This document shows positions 8,796 to 16,625 of a stretch of 32,000 nt of DNA, piece by piece. The position numbers and the translations under genes are program-made. Every line of letters starts with the position of its first letter. The first letter of the stretch is position 1. This DNA comes from Kineococcus radiotolerans SRS30216 = ATCC BAA-149 (GTDB lineage Bacteria; Actinomycetota; Actinomycetes; Actinomycetales; Kineococcaceae): positions 360,001-392,000 of the forward strand of contig NC_009664.2 in the NCBI RefSeq assembly GCF_000017305.1, written 5' to 3'. The notes under the pieces are model-generated. The model was not told the DNA's origin, made no database searches, and saw only the letters and a program-made list of their open reading frames with translations.

Positions 8796-9644
8796 ATGGC
8801 CCTGATCAGCGTCGAGGACCTGCGGGCCGAGCTCGCCGGTCCCCGCCCCCCGGTGGTGCTGGACGTGCGGTGGTCCCTCGGGGGGCCCGACAGCGCGCAG
8901 GAGTACGCCCGCGGGCACCTGCCCGGGGCGGTGCACCTGGACCTGGAGACGCAGCTGTCGCGCCCGCGCGCCGTCGGCGAGGGCCGCCACCCGCTGCCCG
9001 ACCCGGCTGCGCTGCAGGAGGTCCTGCGCGCGGCGGGGGTGTCGGCGGACACGCCCGTCGTGGTCCACGACGCCGCGACCTCGACCAGCGCCGCGCGCGG
9101 GTGGTGGGTCCTGCGCTGGGCGGGGTTGCGCGGGGTCCGCGTCCTCGACGGCGGGCTCGCGGCCTGGACGGCGGCGGGTGGGCCCCTGAGCACCGAGGTC
9201 CCCCGGCCCGCGCCCGGCGACGTCGTCGTGCGGGCGGGGTCCCTGCCGGTGCTCGACGCCGCGGGGGCCGCCGCCCTGGCGCGGAGCGGGATCCTCCTCG
9301 ACGCCCGCGCACCCGAGCGCTACCGCGGCGAGGTCGAGCCGGTGGACCCGGTGGCCGGGCACGTCCCCGGTGCGCTCAACGCCCCCACCGCGGACAACGT
9401 CGAGGCCGACGGGCGGTTCCGGGCCCCCGCGGTCCTGCGCGAGCGCTTCGCCGCGCTCGGGGCGGGTTCCCCGGCGGGGGACGCCGGCGCCGTCGGCGTC
9501 TACTGCGGCAGCGGGGTCACCGCGGCGCACACCCTCCTCGCCCTGGACCTGGCGGGGATCCCCGCGGTCCTCTACCCGGGGTCGTGGTCGGAGTGGGTGA
9601 GCGACCCCGAGCGCCCCGTCGCGCTCGGGGCGGACCCGGGCTGA
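8796..9644 (+). CDS. sseA: Two-domain rhodanese-type sulfurtransferase (3-mercaptopyruvate/thiosulfate)
   Basis: Motifs YARGHLPGAVHLD and ERYRGEVEPVDPVAGHVPGALNAP. Active-site loop VYCGSGVTAAH (CG[ST]GVT is the mercaptopyruvate-type loop). Confidence 0.85.
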   Translation: MALISVEDLRAELAGPRPPVVLDVRWSLGGPDSAQEYARGHLPGAVHLDLETQLSRPRAVGEGRHPLPDPAALQEVLRAAGVSADTPVVVHDAATSTSAARGWWVLRWAGLRGVRVLDGGLAAWTAAGGPLSTEVPRPAPGDVVVRAGSLPVLDAAGAAALARSGILLDARAPERYRGEVEPVDPVAGHVPGALNAPTADNVEADGRFRAPAVLRERFAALGAGSPAGDAGAVGVYCGSGVTAAHTLLALDLAGIPAVLYPGSWSEWVSDPERPVALGADPG

Positions 9645-9649
9645 GGACG

Positions 9650-9675
9650 CCCGCGCAGCCCGGGCGGGGCGCGGG
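9650..9675 (+). terminator. Weak GC hairpin after sseA (cccgcgc-12 nt-gcgcggg), no U tract
   Basis: A 7-bp stem starting 6 nt after the stop codon. Stems this short are expected by chance in this composition. Confidence 0.25.
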
Positions 9676-9708
9676 GTGGACGGGGTGCACGTGATCGCGA
9701 CAGAGGTG

Positions 9709-9714
9709 TAGTTT
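9709..9714 (+). promoter_or_regulatory. -10-like hexamer TAGTTT, 7 nt upstream of GTG 9722 (leaderless-type promoter)
   Basis: The sequence reads gaggtgTAGTTTcgccgtcGTG and sits in a locally AT-richer patch. Confidence 0.4.
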
Positions 9715-9721
9715 CGCCGTC

Positions 9722-10789
9722 GTGGTCGACGGTGACGAGAAGCAGCGGACCAGGCTCATCCACGTCGGTCTCGGCGGGTGGGGCTCGGACTGGGAGGCGA
9801 ACGCGATCCCCCCGGTGGCGGAGGTGGAGCGCGTCGCCGTCGTCGACGCCCACGAACCGACGCTGCGCGCGGCGCAGGAGAAGTTCGACCTGCCCGACGA
9901 GATGTGCTTCACGTCGTTGACCGAGGCGGCTGAGAACGTTCCCGCGGACGCGGCGCTGGTGACCTCCCCCATGGACTTCCACGTCCCCGTGGCGCTGGAG
10001 GCCCTCGACGCCGGGCTGCACGTCCTGGTGGAGAAGCCCTTCGCCGGCACCGTGGCCGAGGCCCGCACCGCCGTGGAGCGCGCCGAGGAGCTCGGCCTGG
10101 TGCTGCAGGTCAGCCAGAACTACCGCTTCTACCCCGGCGCGCAGGCCGCGCGCGACCTCATCGCCGCCGGCGCCGTCGGCGACCTGTCGGTGGTGCACGT
10201 GGACTTCCGGCGCTGGGACCACGACGCCCCCGTGGAGACCTACCGGCACTACGCCTTCCCGCACCCGCTGATCTACGACATGGCGATCCACCACTTCGAC
10301 CTGCTGCGGATGACGACGGGGCGCGAGGCCGTGAGCGTCTACGCCAAGGTCACCGACCCGCCGTGGAGCCGCTACACCGAGGAGGCCTCCGCCGTCCTCG
10401 TCATCGAGCTGACCGGCGGTCTCGTCGCCAGCTACCGCGGCAGCTGGGTCTCGCGGGCGCCGCAGACCCTGTGGGACGGGGAGTGGAGCTTCGAGGGCGC
10501 CGGCGGCCACCTCACCCTCACCGGCCGCGGCAACGACGGCCCCGCCGACGACGCGGTCACCCTCAGCGTCGGCGGGGGGCCCGCCCGGCCCGTGGCCCTG
10601 CCCCCGATGCCGCTGTGGGGCCGCTCGGCGGGGCTGCGCCAGTTCGCCCGCGCCGTGCGGGGCGGACCCGCCCCCGACGTCACCGGCCGCGCCAACCTCG
10701 GCAGCGTGGCCCTCATGGAAGCCGCGGCCCGCTCGGCGGGGTCGGGGAAGGTCGAGCAGGTCGAGCAGATCGGGGGGACCTCCGCGTGA
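9722..10789 (+). CDS. Gfo/Idh/MocA-family NAD(P)-dependent oxidoreductase (ThuB-like)
   Basis: Rossmann N-terminus [13 protein letters not shown] and EKP motif [10 protein letters not shown]. Confidence 0.85.
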   Translation: MVDGDEKQRTRLIHVGLGGWGSDWEANAIPPVAEVERVAVVDAHEPTLRAAQEKFDLPDEMCFTSLTEAAENVPADAALVTSPMDFHVPVALEALDAGLHVLVEKPFAGTVAEARTAVERAEELGLVLQVSQNYRFYPGAQAARDLIAAGAVGDLSVVHVDFRRWDHDAPVETYRHYAFPHPLIYDMAIHHFDLLRMTTGREAVSVYAKVTDPPWSRYTEEASAVLVIELTGGLVASYRGSWVSRAPQTLWDGEWSFEGAGGHLTLTGRGNDGPADDAVTLSVGGGPARPVALPPMPLWGRSAGLRQFARAVRGGPAPDVTGRANLGSVALMEAAARSAGSGKVEQVEQIGGTSA

Positions 10790-11514
10790 AGGTGCTGGTC
10801 TGGAACGAGGGCGTCCACGAGCGCCACCAGGACCCGCCGAACATCGGCGAGTACTACCCCGAGGGCATCCACGGCGCGATCGCCGCCGCGCTGCGCCGGC
10901 TGCTGCCCGGGGCGGAGGTGAGCACCGCGACGCTCAGCGACCCCGAGCACGGGCTGGGCGAGGACGTCCTCGCCGCGACCGACGTCGTCCTGTGGTGGGG
11001 GCACGTCGCTCACGACGAGGTCGACGACGCGGTGGTGGCCCGGGTGAAGCGCCACGTCCTGGGCGGCATGGGCCTGCTCGTCCTGCACTCGGGGCACTTC
11101 TCGAAGATCTTCCGCGACCTGCTCGGGACGACGTGCTCGCTGGCCTGGCGCAACGAGGGCGAGCAGGAGCTGGTCTGGAACGTCAAACCCTCCCATCCCA
11201 TCGCCCAGGGGATCCCCAGCCCGATCGTCATCCCCCGCCAGGAGATGTACGGGGAGCTGTTCGACATCCCCGACCCCGACGACCTGCTGTTCATCAGCTC
11301 CTTCGCCGGGGGCGAGGTGTTCCGCTCGGGGGTGACCTTCACCCGCGGGCGCGGGCGCATCTTCTACTTCAGCCCCGGCGACCAGGAGTACCCCGTCTAC
11401 CTGCAGGCCGAGATCCAGCAGGTCCTGGCCAACGGGGTGCGGTGGGCGGCCCCCGCCCCCGGGGAGCGGCAGGCCCCCGACGTCACCAACCCGCCGCGGC
11501 AGTGGGTGCTCTGA
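10786..11514 (+). CDS. ThuA-domain protein (trehalose-utilisation-like, class I glutamine-amidotransferase-like fold)
   Basis: Motifs [38 protein letters not shown] and [17 protein letters not shown] 10786 overlaps the upstream stop (GTGA). Confidence 0.8.
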   Translation: MKVLVWNEGVHERHQDPPNIGEYYPEGIHGAIAAALRRLLPGAEVSTATLSDPEHGLGEDVLAATDVVLWWGHVAHDEVDDAVVARVKRHVLGGMGLLVLHSGHFSKIFRDLLGTTCSLAWRNEGEQELVWNVKPSHPIAQGIPSPIVIPRQEMYGELFDIPDPDDLLFISSFAGGEVFRSGVTFTRGRGRIFYFSPGDQEYPVYLQAEIQQVLANGVRWAAPAPGERQAPDVTNPPRQWVL

Positions 11515-11537
11515 ACGCCTGAGCCACCCCCGCCGGT

Positions 11538-11563
11538 GGCCGCGCGGGCGTTCCCGCGCGGTC
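11538..11563. terminator. Bidirectional GC hairpin between convergent genes (ccgcgcggg-cgtt-cccgcgcgg)
   Basis: Perfect 9-bp stem with a 4-nt loop, centred in the 66-bp gap between the ThuA-like and trmI stops. No U tract. Confidence 0.45.
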
Positions 11564-11580
11564 CCCGGGGGCCGGGTCGG

Positions 11581-12672
11581 TCAGTCCTGCTCGTCGGCGG
11601 GGGCCGCGGCGGCCGCCGAGGCCTCCGCGCCCCGGGCCGCCTCGCGGGCGGCCTTGCGCACCTTGCGGTCCGAGACGGGGCGGTCGCCGTACTCGGTGCC
11701 CGCTTCCGGCGCCTCCACGGCCGCGATCCCCTCGAGGACGGCCGCGGTGTCCCCCGCGTCACCGTCGGCGCCGGCGGTCTCCCCCGCGACGTCCACCGGG
11801 TAGGCCCCGGGCGCGGGACGGCGCTTGCGCAGCGGCGGGCGCACCCCGTCCGCCAGCCGGCGGGAGGTGATGAGGAACCCGGTGTGGCCGATCATCCGGT
11901 GCTGCGGGCGCACCGCGAGACCCTCCAGGTGCCAGCCGCGGACCATCGACTCCCACGCCTCGGGCTCGGTCCAGCGCCCGGACTCGCGCATCGCCTCCGC
12001 CACCCGCGACAGCTGCGTCGCCGTGGCCACGTAGCAGATGAGGACCCCACCCGGGGCGAGCGCGTCGGCCACCGCGTCCAGGCACTCCCACGGGGCGAGC
12101 ATGTCCAGCACGGCCCGGTCGGCCTGCACGCCGGTCCCGGGCAGCGTCTCCACCAGGTCCCCCACGCGCAGCGTCCACGCCGGGTGCGGGCCGCCGAAGA
12201 AGGTCTCGACGTTGCCGGTGGCGACGTCGGCGAAGTCCTGGCGGCGCTCGAAGGAGTGCACGTGCCCGCTGTCGCCGACCGCCCGCAGCAGCGACATCGT
12301 CAGCGCCCCGGAGCCGACCCCGGCCTCGATGACGGTGGCGCCGGGGAAGACGTCGGCCATCTGCACGATCTGCCCCGCGTCCTTGGGGTAGACCACCGCC
12401 GCCCCGCGCGGCATCGACAGCACGAAGTCGGCCAGCAGCGGGCGCATCACGAGGTACTGCACCCCGGCCGTGTTCGAGATCGTCGTCGCGTCGGGGCGCC
12501 CGATGAGCTCGTCGTGCAGGAACTTCCCCCGGTGGGTGTGGAACTCCTTGCCCGCGGTGAGGGTGATGGTGTGCATCCGGCCGCGGGGGTCGGTCAACTG
12601 CACCCGCTCACCCTCGCGCAGGGGTCCACGACGCGTGTGCGCGCCCGTCGGCGGGGGGGCAGGGGTGTTCAC
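11581..12672 (-). CDS. trmI: tRNA (adenine58-N1)-methyltransferase TrmI (Rv2118c-like) with an Ala/Glu-rich C-terminal tail
   Basis: N-terminal beta domain GERVQLTDPRGRMHTITL and SAM motif I VIEAGVGSGALT. GGAAGGA lies 6 nt upstream of GTG 12672. Confidence 0.9.
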   Translation of the reverse strand: MNTPAPPPTGAHTRRGPLREGERVQLTDPRGRMHTITLTAGKEFHTHRGKFLHDELIGRPDATTISNTAGVQYLVMRPLLADFVLSMPRGAAVVYPKDAGQIVQMADVFPGATVIEAGVGSGALTMSLLRAVGDSGHVHSFERRQDFADVATGNVETFFGGPHPAWTLRVGDLVETLPGTGVQADRAVLDMLAPWECLDAVADALAPGGVLICYVATATQLSRVAEAMRESGRWTEPEAWESMVRGWHLEGLAVRPQHRMIGHTGFLITSRRLADGVRPPLRKRRPAPGAYPVDVAGETAGADGDAGDTAAVLEGIAAVEAPEAGTEYGDRPVSDRKVRKAAREAARGAEASAAAAAPADEQD

Positions 12673-12761
12673 GGGAGTTCCTTCCGGCGGTTCGTGCGGT
12701 GGGGTGGAGCGGTGGGCGGGACGGCGCGGGCGGCCGGGACGTCGATCAGCGGACGGGTCGG

Positions 12762-13895
12762 TCAGCGGGTCACGGCGGCGACGACGTCACCGGTGTGCAG
12801 CAGACCCCGCACCCGCCCGGTCCCGTCGAGGACGACGTGCTCGCCGGGACGGGCCTGCACGGCCTCGAGGAGGTCCTCCCCGGCCAGGTCCTCCGGCAGC
12901 CACGAGCGCGGCGGCAGGGCCCGGGCGGTGGCCCCGGCGCCTAGCGAGGTGCGCCGCTCGGCCGGCACCCGGCGCAGCGCCGCGGTGTCGACCACGGCCA
13001 CGGGCACCCCGTCGTCGGTGACCAGGACGACCTCCAGGTCGCGGGTGGAGCCCGCCGCGGCCCCCGCGTCGATCGCGGCGCGCGCGGAGCGCACGACCTC
13101 CTCGACGGTGGCGCGGGCGTTGACCGCGATGGCCGGGCGCTGCAGGACCCGCGCGCTCAGCGCCGGCACCCGCCGCTGCTGCCCGGCGTACGTCAGCGCG
13201 GTGGAGGCGCCCTGCCACAGCAGGGCCCCGACCAGGCCGGCCCACACGACGTCGGTCAGCGAGGTCTCCCAGCCCAGCAGCCGGGGGCCGAACAGGGCCG
13301 CCACGAACACCACCACGGCCAGGACCCGCCCCACCCAGGCGGCCACGACGGTCCCGGTCAGCCGGTCCCCGCGCAGCTTCCAGACGATCGCCTCCAGGGC
13401 GTGACCGCCGTCCAGCGGCAGGCCCGGCAGCAGGTTGAACACCGCGAGCAGCGCGTTGGAGAGGGTCAGCGCCCCCAGCAGCAGGGCCAGCACCCCGCCC
13501 CCGTCGGGCTGCTCGCGCACCACGGCGCCGACCCGCCACGCCACCAGGGCGATGACCGCGTTGACGACCGGCCCCACGACGGCGATGACGAGGCTGCGCC
13601 CGGGCCCGGTGCGCCCCTCGTGGGAGGTGAACCCGCCCCAGACGTTGAGGACGATGCCGGTGACCCGCATCCCCGACCACTTCGCGGCCAGGGCGTGGGC
13701 GACCTCGTGCAGCAGCACCGACACCAGCAGCAGCACCGCGTAGCCGAAGGCGACGAGGTAGGAGGCGGGGCCGGGGACCTGGCGCTGCACCACCGGCGCG
13801 AAGATCCAGACGATGAGGGCCGCGAAGAGGAACCACGAGGGCGCCAGCAGCAGCGGTACGCCGAAGGGACGGCCCAGGGCGATGCCGCCCCTCAC
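12762..13895 (-). CDS. M50 site-2 protease family membrane metalloprotease with C-terminal CBS-like pair
   Basis: HEVAHAL (HExxH) in a hydrophobic span, plus the second motif FNLLPGLPLDGGH. Confidence 0.8.
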   Translation of the reverse strand: MRGGIALGRPFGVPLLLAPSWFLFAALIVWIFAPVVQRQVPGPASYLVAFGYAVLLLVSVLLHEVAHALAAKWSGMRVTGIVLNVWGGFTSHEGRTGPGRSLVIAVVGPVVNAVIALVAWRVGAVVREQPDGGGVLALLLGALTLSNALLAVFNLLPGLPLDGGHALEAIVWKLRGDRLTGTVVAAWVGRVLAVVVFVAALFGPRLLGWETSLTDVVWAGLVGALLWQGASTALTYAGQQRRVPALSARVLQRPAIAVNARATVEEVVRSARAAIDAGAAAGSTRDLEVVLVTDDGVPVAVVDTAALRRVPAERRTSLGAGATARALPPRSWLPEDLAGEDLLEAVQARPGEHVVLDGTGRVRGLLHTGDVVAAVTR

Positions 13896-13936
13896 GGTGC
13901 CGATCTCAGGGCGCGGCGTTCGGGGAGCATCTCCCG

Positions 13937-13942
13937 ATCCTA
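13937..13942 (-). promoter_or_regulatory. -10-like hexamer TAGGAT, 6 nt upstream of a 12-codon ATG uORF that ends on the M50 protease start
   Basis: The minus strand reads TAGGAT-cgggag-ATG. Confidence 0.3.
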
Positions 13943-13989
13943 GGTGCCCCCGCGCCGCGCTCGACCCCGGGGACCACCCGTCCGCGGCC

Positions 13990-13995
13990 TAGGGT
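13990..13995 (+). promoter_or_regulatory. -10-like hexamer TAGGGT, 7 nt upstream of GTG 14003 (leaderless-type promoter)
   Basis: The sequence reads TAGGGT-ggagtcc-GTG. The hexamer overlaps the alternative GTG at 13994. Confidence 0.4.
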
Positions 13996-14002
13996 GGAGT
14001 CC

Positions 14003-14887
14003 GTGACCACCGGCGCGCACCCGGGCGACGCGCCCCGACGGGCCCTGTCGCCCTCCCGCGCCGCGGACTTCATGCAGTGCCCGCTGCTCTACCGCTTCCG
14101 CACGATCGACCGCCTGCCGGAGACCCCCAGCGCGGCCGCCGCCCGCGGGACCCTCGTGCACGCCGTCCTCGAGCGCCTCTACGACCTGCCCGCCGCCGAG
14201 CGCACCGCCGCCCGGGCCGGCGCGATGGTCGAACCGCAGTGGCGGGAGCTGCTGGAGCGCGAACCCCGCCTCCAGGCCCTCTTCGGGGCGCAGCCGAAGC
14301 CGGGGACCCCCACCGGGGACGCCCTCGCCCGCTGGCTGGCCGGCGCCCGCGCGCTGCTGCAGAAGTACTTCGCCCTCGAGGACCCCACCCGGCTGGAACC
14401 GGAGGCCCGCGAGATGCACGTCGAGGTCGACCTCGAGGACGGGCCCGTGCTGCGCGGGATCGTCGACCGCCTCGACGTCACCCCCGCCGGCCGGATGCGG
14501 GTGGTGGACTACAAGACCGGCCGCGCCCCCTCGGAGACCGCCGAGGCCAGGGCGCTGTTCCAGATGCGCTTCTACGCGCTCGTCCTGTGGCGCCTGCGCG
14601 GGGAGGTCCCGCTGTCCCTGCAGCTGGTGTACCTGGGCTCGGGGGACGTCCTGCGCCACACCCCCGACGAGGGGGACCTGCTCGCCACCGAGCGCAAGGT
14701 CCGGGCCCTGTGGGACGCCATCGAGCGCAACCGCGCCACCGGCGACTGGCGGCCGCGGCCGGGGCGGGCCTGCACCTGGTGCGACCACAAGGTCCGCTGC
14801 CCCAGCTTCGGGGGCACCCCGCCCCCGCTGCCGGTGGACCTCCCCCTCGCCCCCGGGCCCCCGGCGCCGGCCGGCGCGGACGGGTAG
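14003..14887 (+). CDS. RecB/Cas4-like PD-(D/E)XK nuclease (Rv2119-like)
   Basis: Motifs LSPSRAADFMQCPLLYRFR, GIVDRLD and VVDYKTG. C-terminal Cys cluster CTWCDHKVRCP (one N-terminal plus three C-terminal Cys, Fe-S type). The ORF is open from 13994. Confidence 0.8.
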   Translation: MTTGAHPGDAPRRALSPSRAADFMQCPLLYRFRTIDRLPETPSAAAARGTLVHAVLERLYDLPAAERTAARAGAMVEPQWRELLEREPRLQALFGAQPKPGTPTGDALARWLAGARALLQKYFALEDPTRLEPEAREMHVEVDLEDGPVLRGIVDRLDVTPAGRMRVVDYKTGRAPSETAEARALFQMRFYALVLWRLRGEVPLSLQLVYLGSGDVLRHTPDEGDLLATERKVRALWDAIERNRATGDWRPRPGRACTWCDHKVRCPSFGGTPPPLPVDLPLAPGPPAPAGADG

Positions 14888-14912
14888 CGCCCGGGCACCA
14901 CCCGTCCGCGGC

Positions 14913-15926
14913 TCAGAAGAGCTCGACGAGCGCGGTGGCGGCCACCGGGGCGCCCCCGTCCTGGCGCGCGTGCACCGAGCGCTGGCGCTGGGACACGTAG
15001 GAGGAGCGCAGGAGGGCGACGGCGTCGTCCAGCGCGCGCAGCGCCTCGGCGCCGGCCTCGCCGCGCAGGTGCCCGGCCACCGTCCCCAGCTGGTGCCCGA
15101 GCTGCTCGAGCCCCCCCACCACCGACTGGACCGACTGGCGGGTCACGTCCTGGAACTGCGTCTGGGCCAGCGCCGCGGTGCTGCGCTCCCCCAGGGCGTC
15201 GACCGACCCGGCGATCCGCTCGGCGACCTCGCGGGTCGCCTCGACGCTCGCGCTCAGCTGCGCGGACGTCTCGTGCTGGGCGGCGGCGATCCCCTCCAGG
15301 CGGGCGTTGATCTGCTCGGAGCTGCCCGCCCCGCCGCTGTCGCTGCCCAGGCGCTCCTCCATGAGGGTCGTCACCCGGGTGATGCCGGCGCGGACGCTGG
15401 CCGCGGCCTGCGCCGACTGCCGCGACAGCTCGCGGACCTCGTCGGCGACCACGGAGAAGCCCTCCCCCGCGTCCCCGGCGCGCACGGCCTCGATCTTGGC
15501 GTTGAGGGCCAGGATCGTCGTGGCGTGCGCGACGGCGGCGATGGCGTCGACCTCGCGGTCCAGCGCCCGCACCTCACCGACCAGGTCGAGCACGGAGCGG
15601 TCGCGGTCGGTGACCAGCTGCACGAGCTCCTGCACGTCCTCGGCGCTGGCGCGGGTGCGGCGGGCGACCTCGTCGGACCCCAGTTCGCACCGGCGCACCA
15701 GCTCGCCGGCGAGGCCGGACATCTCCTCGACCCGGGTGTCGATCTGCTGGACCTCGCTCATCAGGCCGAAGGCGGCCTCCTCGGTGCCGTCGACGACGTC
15801 ACCGAGCTGCGCGCTGAGGACCTCGATGAGGTGCCCGGAACGGTCCAGCACCTCCGTGGAGGCCTCGACGTCGATCGGCGTCCGCTCCTGCGCCACCGCC
15901 TGCTCCTCCCTGCGCCGGCCCCACAC
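14913..15926 (-). CDS. Soluble methyl-accepting chemotaxis protein, signalling hairpin only (337 aa)
   Basis: Conserved tip TTILALNAKIEAVRAGDAGEGFSVVADEVRELSRQSAQAA near residue 150. No hydrophobic span, HAMP or sensor domain. Confidence 0.85.
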   Translation of the reverse strand: MWGRRREEQAVAQERTPIDVEASTEVLDRSGHLIEVLSAQLGDVVDGTEEAAFGLMSEVQQIDTRVEEMSGLAGELVRRCELGSDEVARRTRASAEDVQELVQLVTDRDRSVLDLVGEVRALDREVDAIAAVAHATTILALNAKIEAVRAGDAGEGFSVVADEVRELSRQSAQAAASVRAGITRVTTLMEERLGSDSGGAGSSEQINARLEGIAAAQHETSAQLSASVEATREVAERIAGSVDALGERSTAALAQTQFQDVTRQSVQSVVGGLEQLGHQLGTVAGHLRGEAGAEALRALDDAVALLRSSYVSQRQRSVHARQDGGAPVAATALVELF

Positions 15927-15927
15927 C

Positions 15928-16296
15928 TCAGGCGCCCGGCACGACTTGGCGGATCACGGTCATGAGCGCGTCGGCCTGGACGGGCTTGACGAGCCAGCCG
16001 GTCGCGCCGGCGGCCTTCGCCTCGTCCCGCTTGGTCTGCTCGGACTCCGTGGTCAGCATGAGGATCGGGGTGAAGCGCAGGCCCGCGCGGCGGGCCTGGC
16101 GCACGAAGCCGATGCCGTCCAGGCGGGGCATGTTCACGTCGCTGATGACGAGGTCGGGCTTGAAGCCGGACTGCACCCGCTCCAGCGCCTCCTGGCCGTC
16201 GGCCGCGGTCTCCACGGCGAGGCCCTGCTTGGTGAGGATCGACTTGATGCTCATGAGCATGGTGGGCGAGTCGTCGACGAGCATCACGGTGGTCAT
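15928..16296 (-). CDS. cheY: CheY-type single-domain response regulator
   Basis: Motifs VMLVDDS, DLVISDVNMPRLDG, ILMLTTE and WLVKP. Its ATG overlaps the upstream stop (ATGA). Confidence 0.9.
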   Translation of the reverse strand: MTTVMLVDDSPTMLMSIKSILTKQGLAVETAADGQEALERVQSGFKPDLVISDVNMPRLDGIGFVRQARRAGLRFTPILMLTTESEQTKRDEAKAAGATGWLVKPVQADALMTVIRQVVPGA

Positions 16297-16625
16297 GGCG
16301 TGGCCTCTTCCAGGGCAGGGTGGTGGTCAGCGGGGTGGTGGTCAGCGGAATGGTGGTCAGCGGGGATCTGGGCGGGTTCTCCAGCGGGGGCGGTCTCCAG
16401 CGACGGCAGGATCCAGGCCCTGAGGAAGTCGTCGGCAGGTGCGGCGACCACCTTGACCCGGGCGGCGAGCAGCGCCTGCAGCGCGGCGGTGTGCAGGTGC
16501 GCGCAGCGGGACAGGTCGACCCGGGGGTCCTGCGCGGTGCGCAGCCACCCCGCGAGGGGTTCGGCCTCGTCGACGACGACCGTGCCCTCCAGCACGGCGG
16601 TGTTCTCAGCGAAGTGCAGCGGCAC
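16293..16625 (-). CDS. Small STAS-like (anti-sigma-antagonist fold) protein with His-rich PADHH repeat tail
   Basis: Pattern AVLEGTVVVDEAEPLAGWLRTAQDPRVDLSRCAHLHTAALQALLAARV resembles STAS/MlaB-type domains (recognition by eye only). The tail reads PADHHSADHHPADHH. Confidence 0.35.
   Translation of the reverse strand: MPLHFAENTAVLEGTVVVDEAEPLAGWLRTAQDPRVDLSRCAHLHTAALQALLAARVKVVAAPADDFLRAWILPSLETAPAGEPAQIPADHHSADHHPADHHPALEEATP
16320..16364 (-). repeat. 15-bp tandem repeat x3 (gtggtggtcagcggg type) encoding PADHH-SADHH-PADHH
   Basis: Units at 16320-16334, 16335-16349 and 16350-16364, differing at 2-3 positions. Confidence 0.9.
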
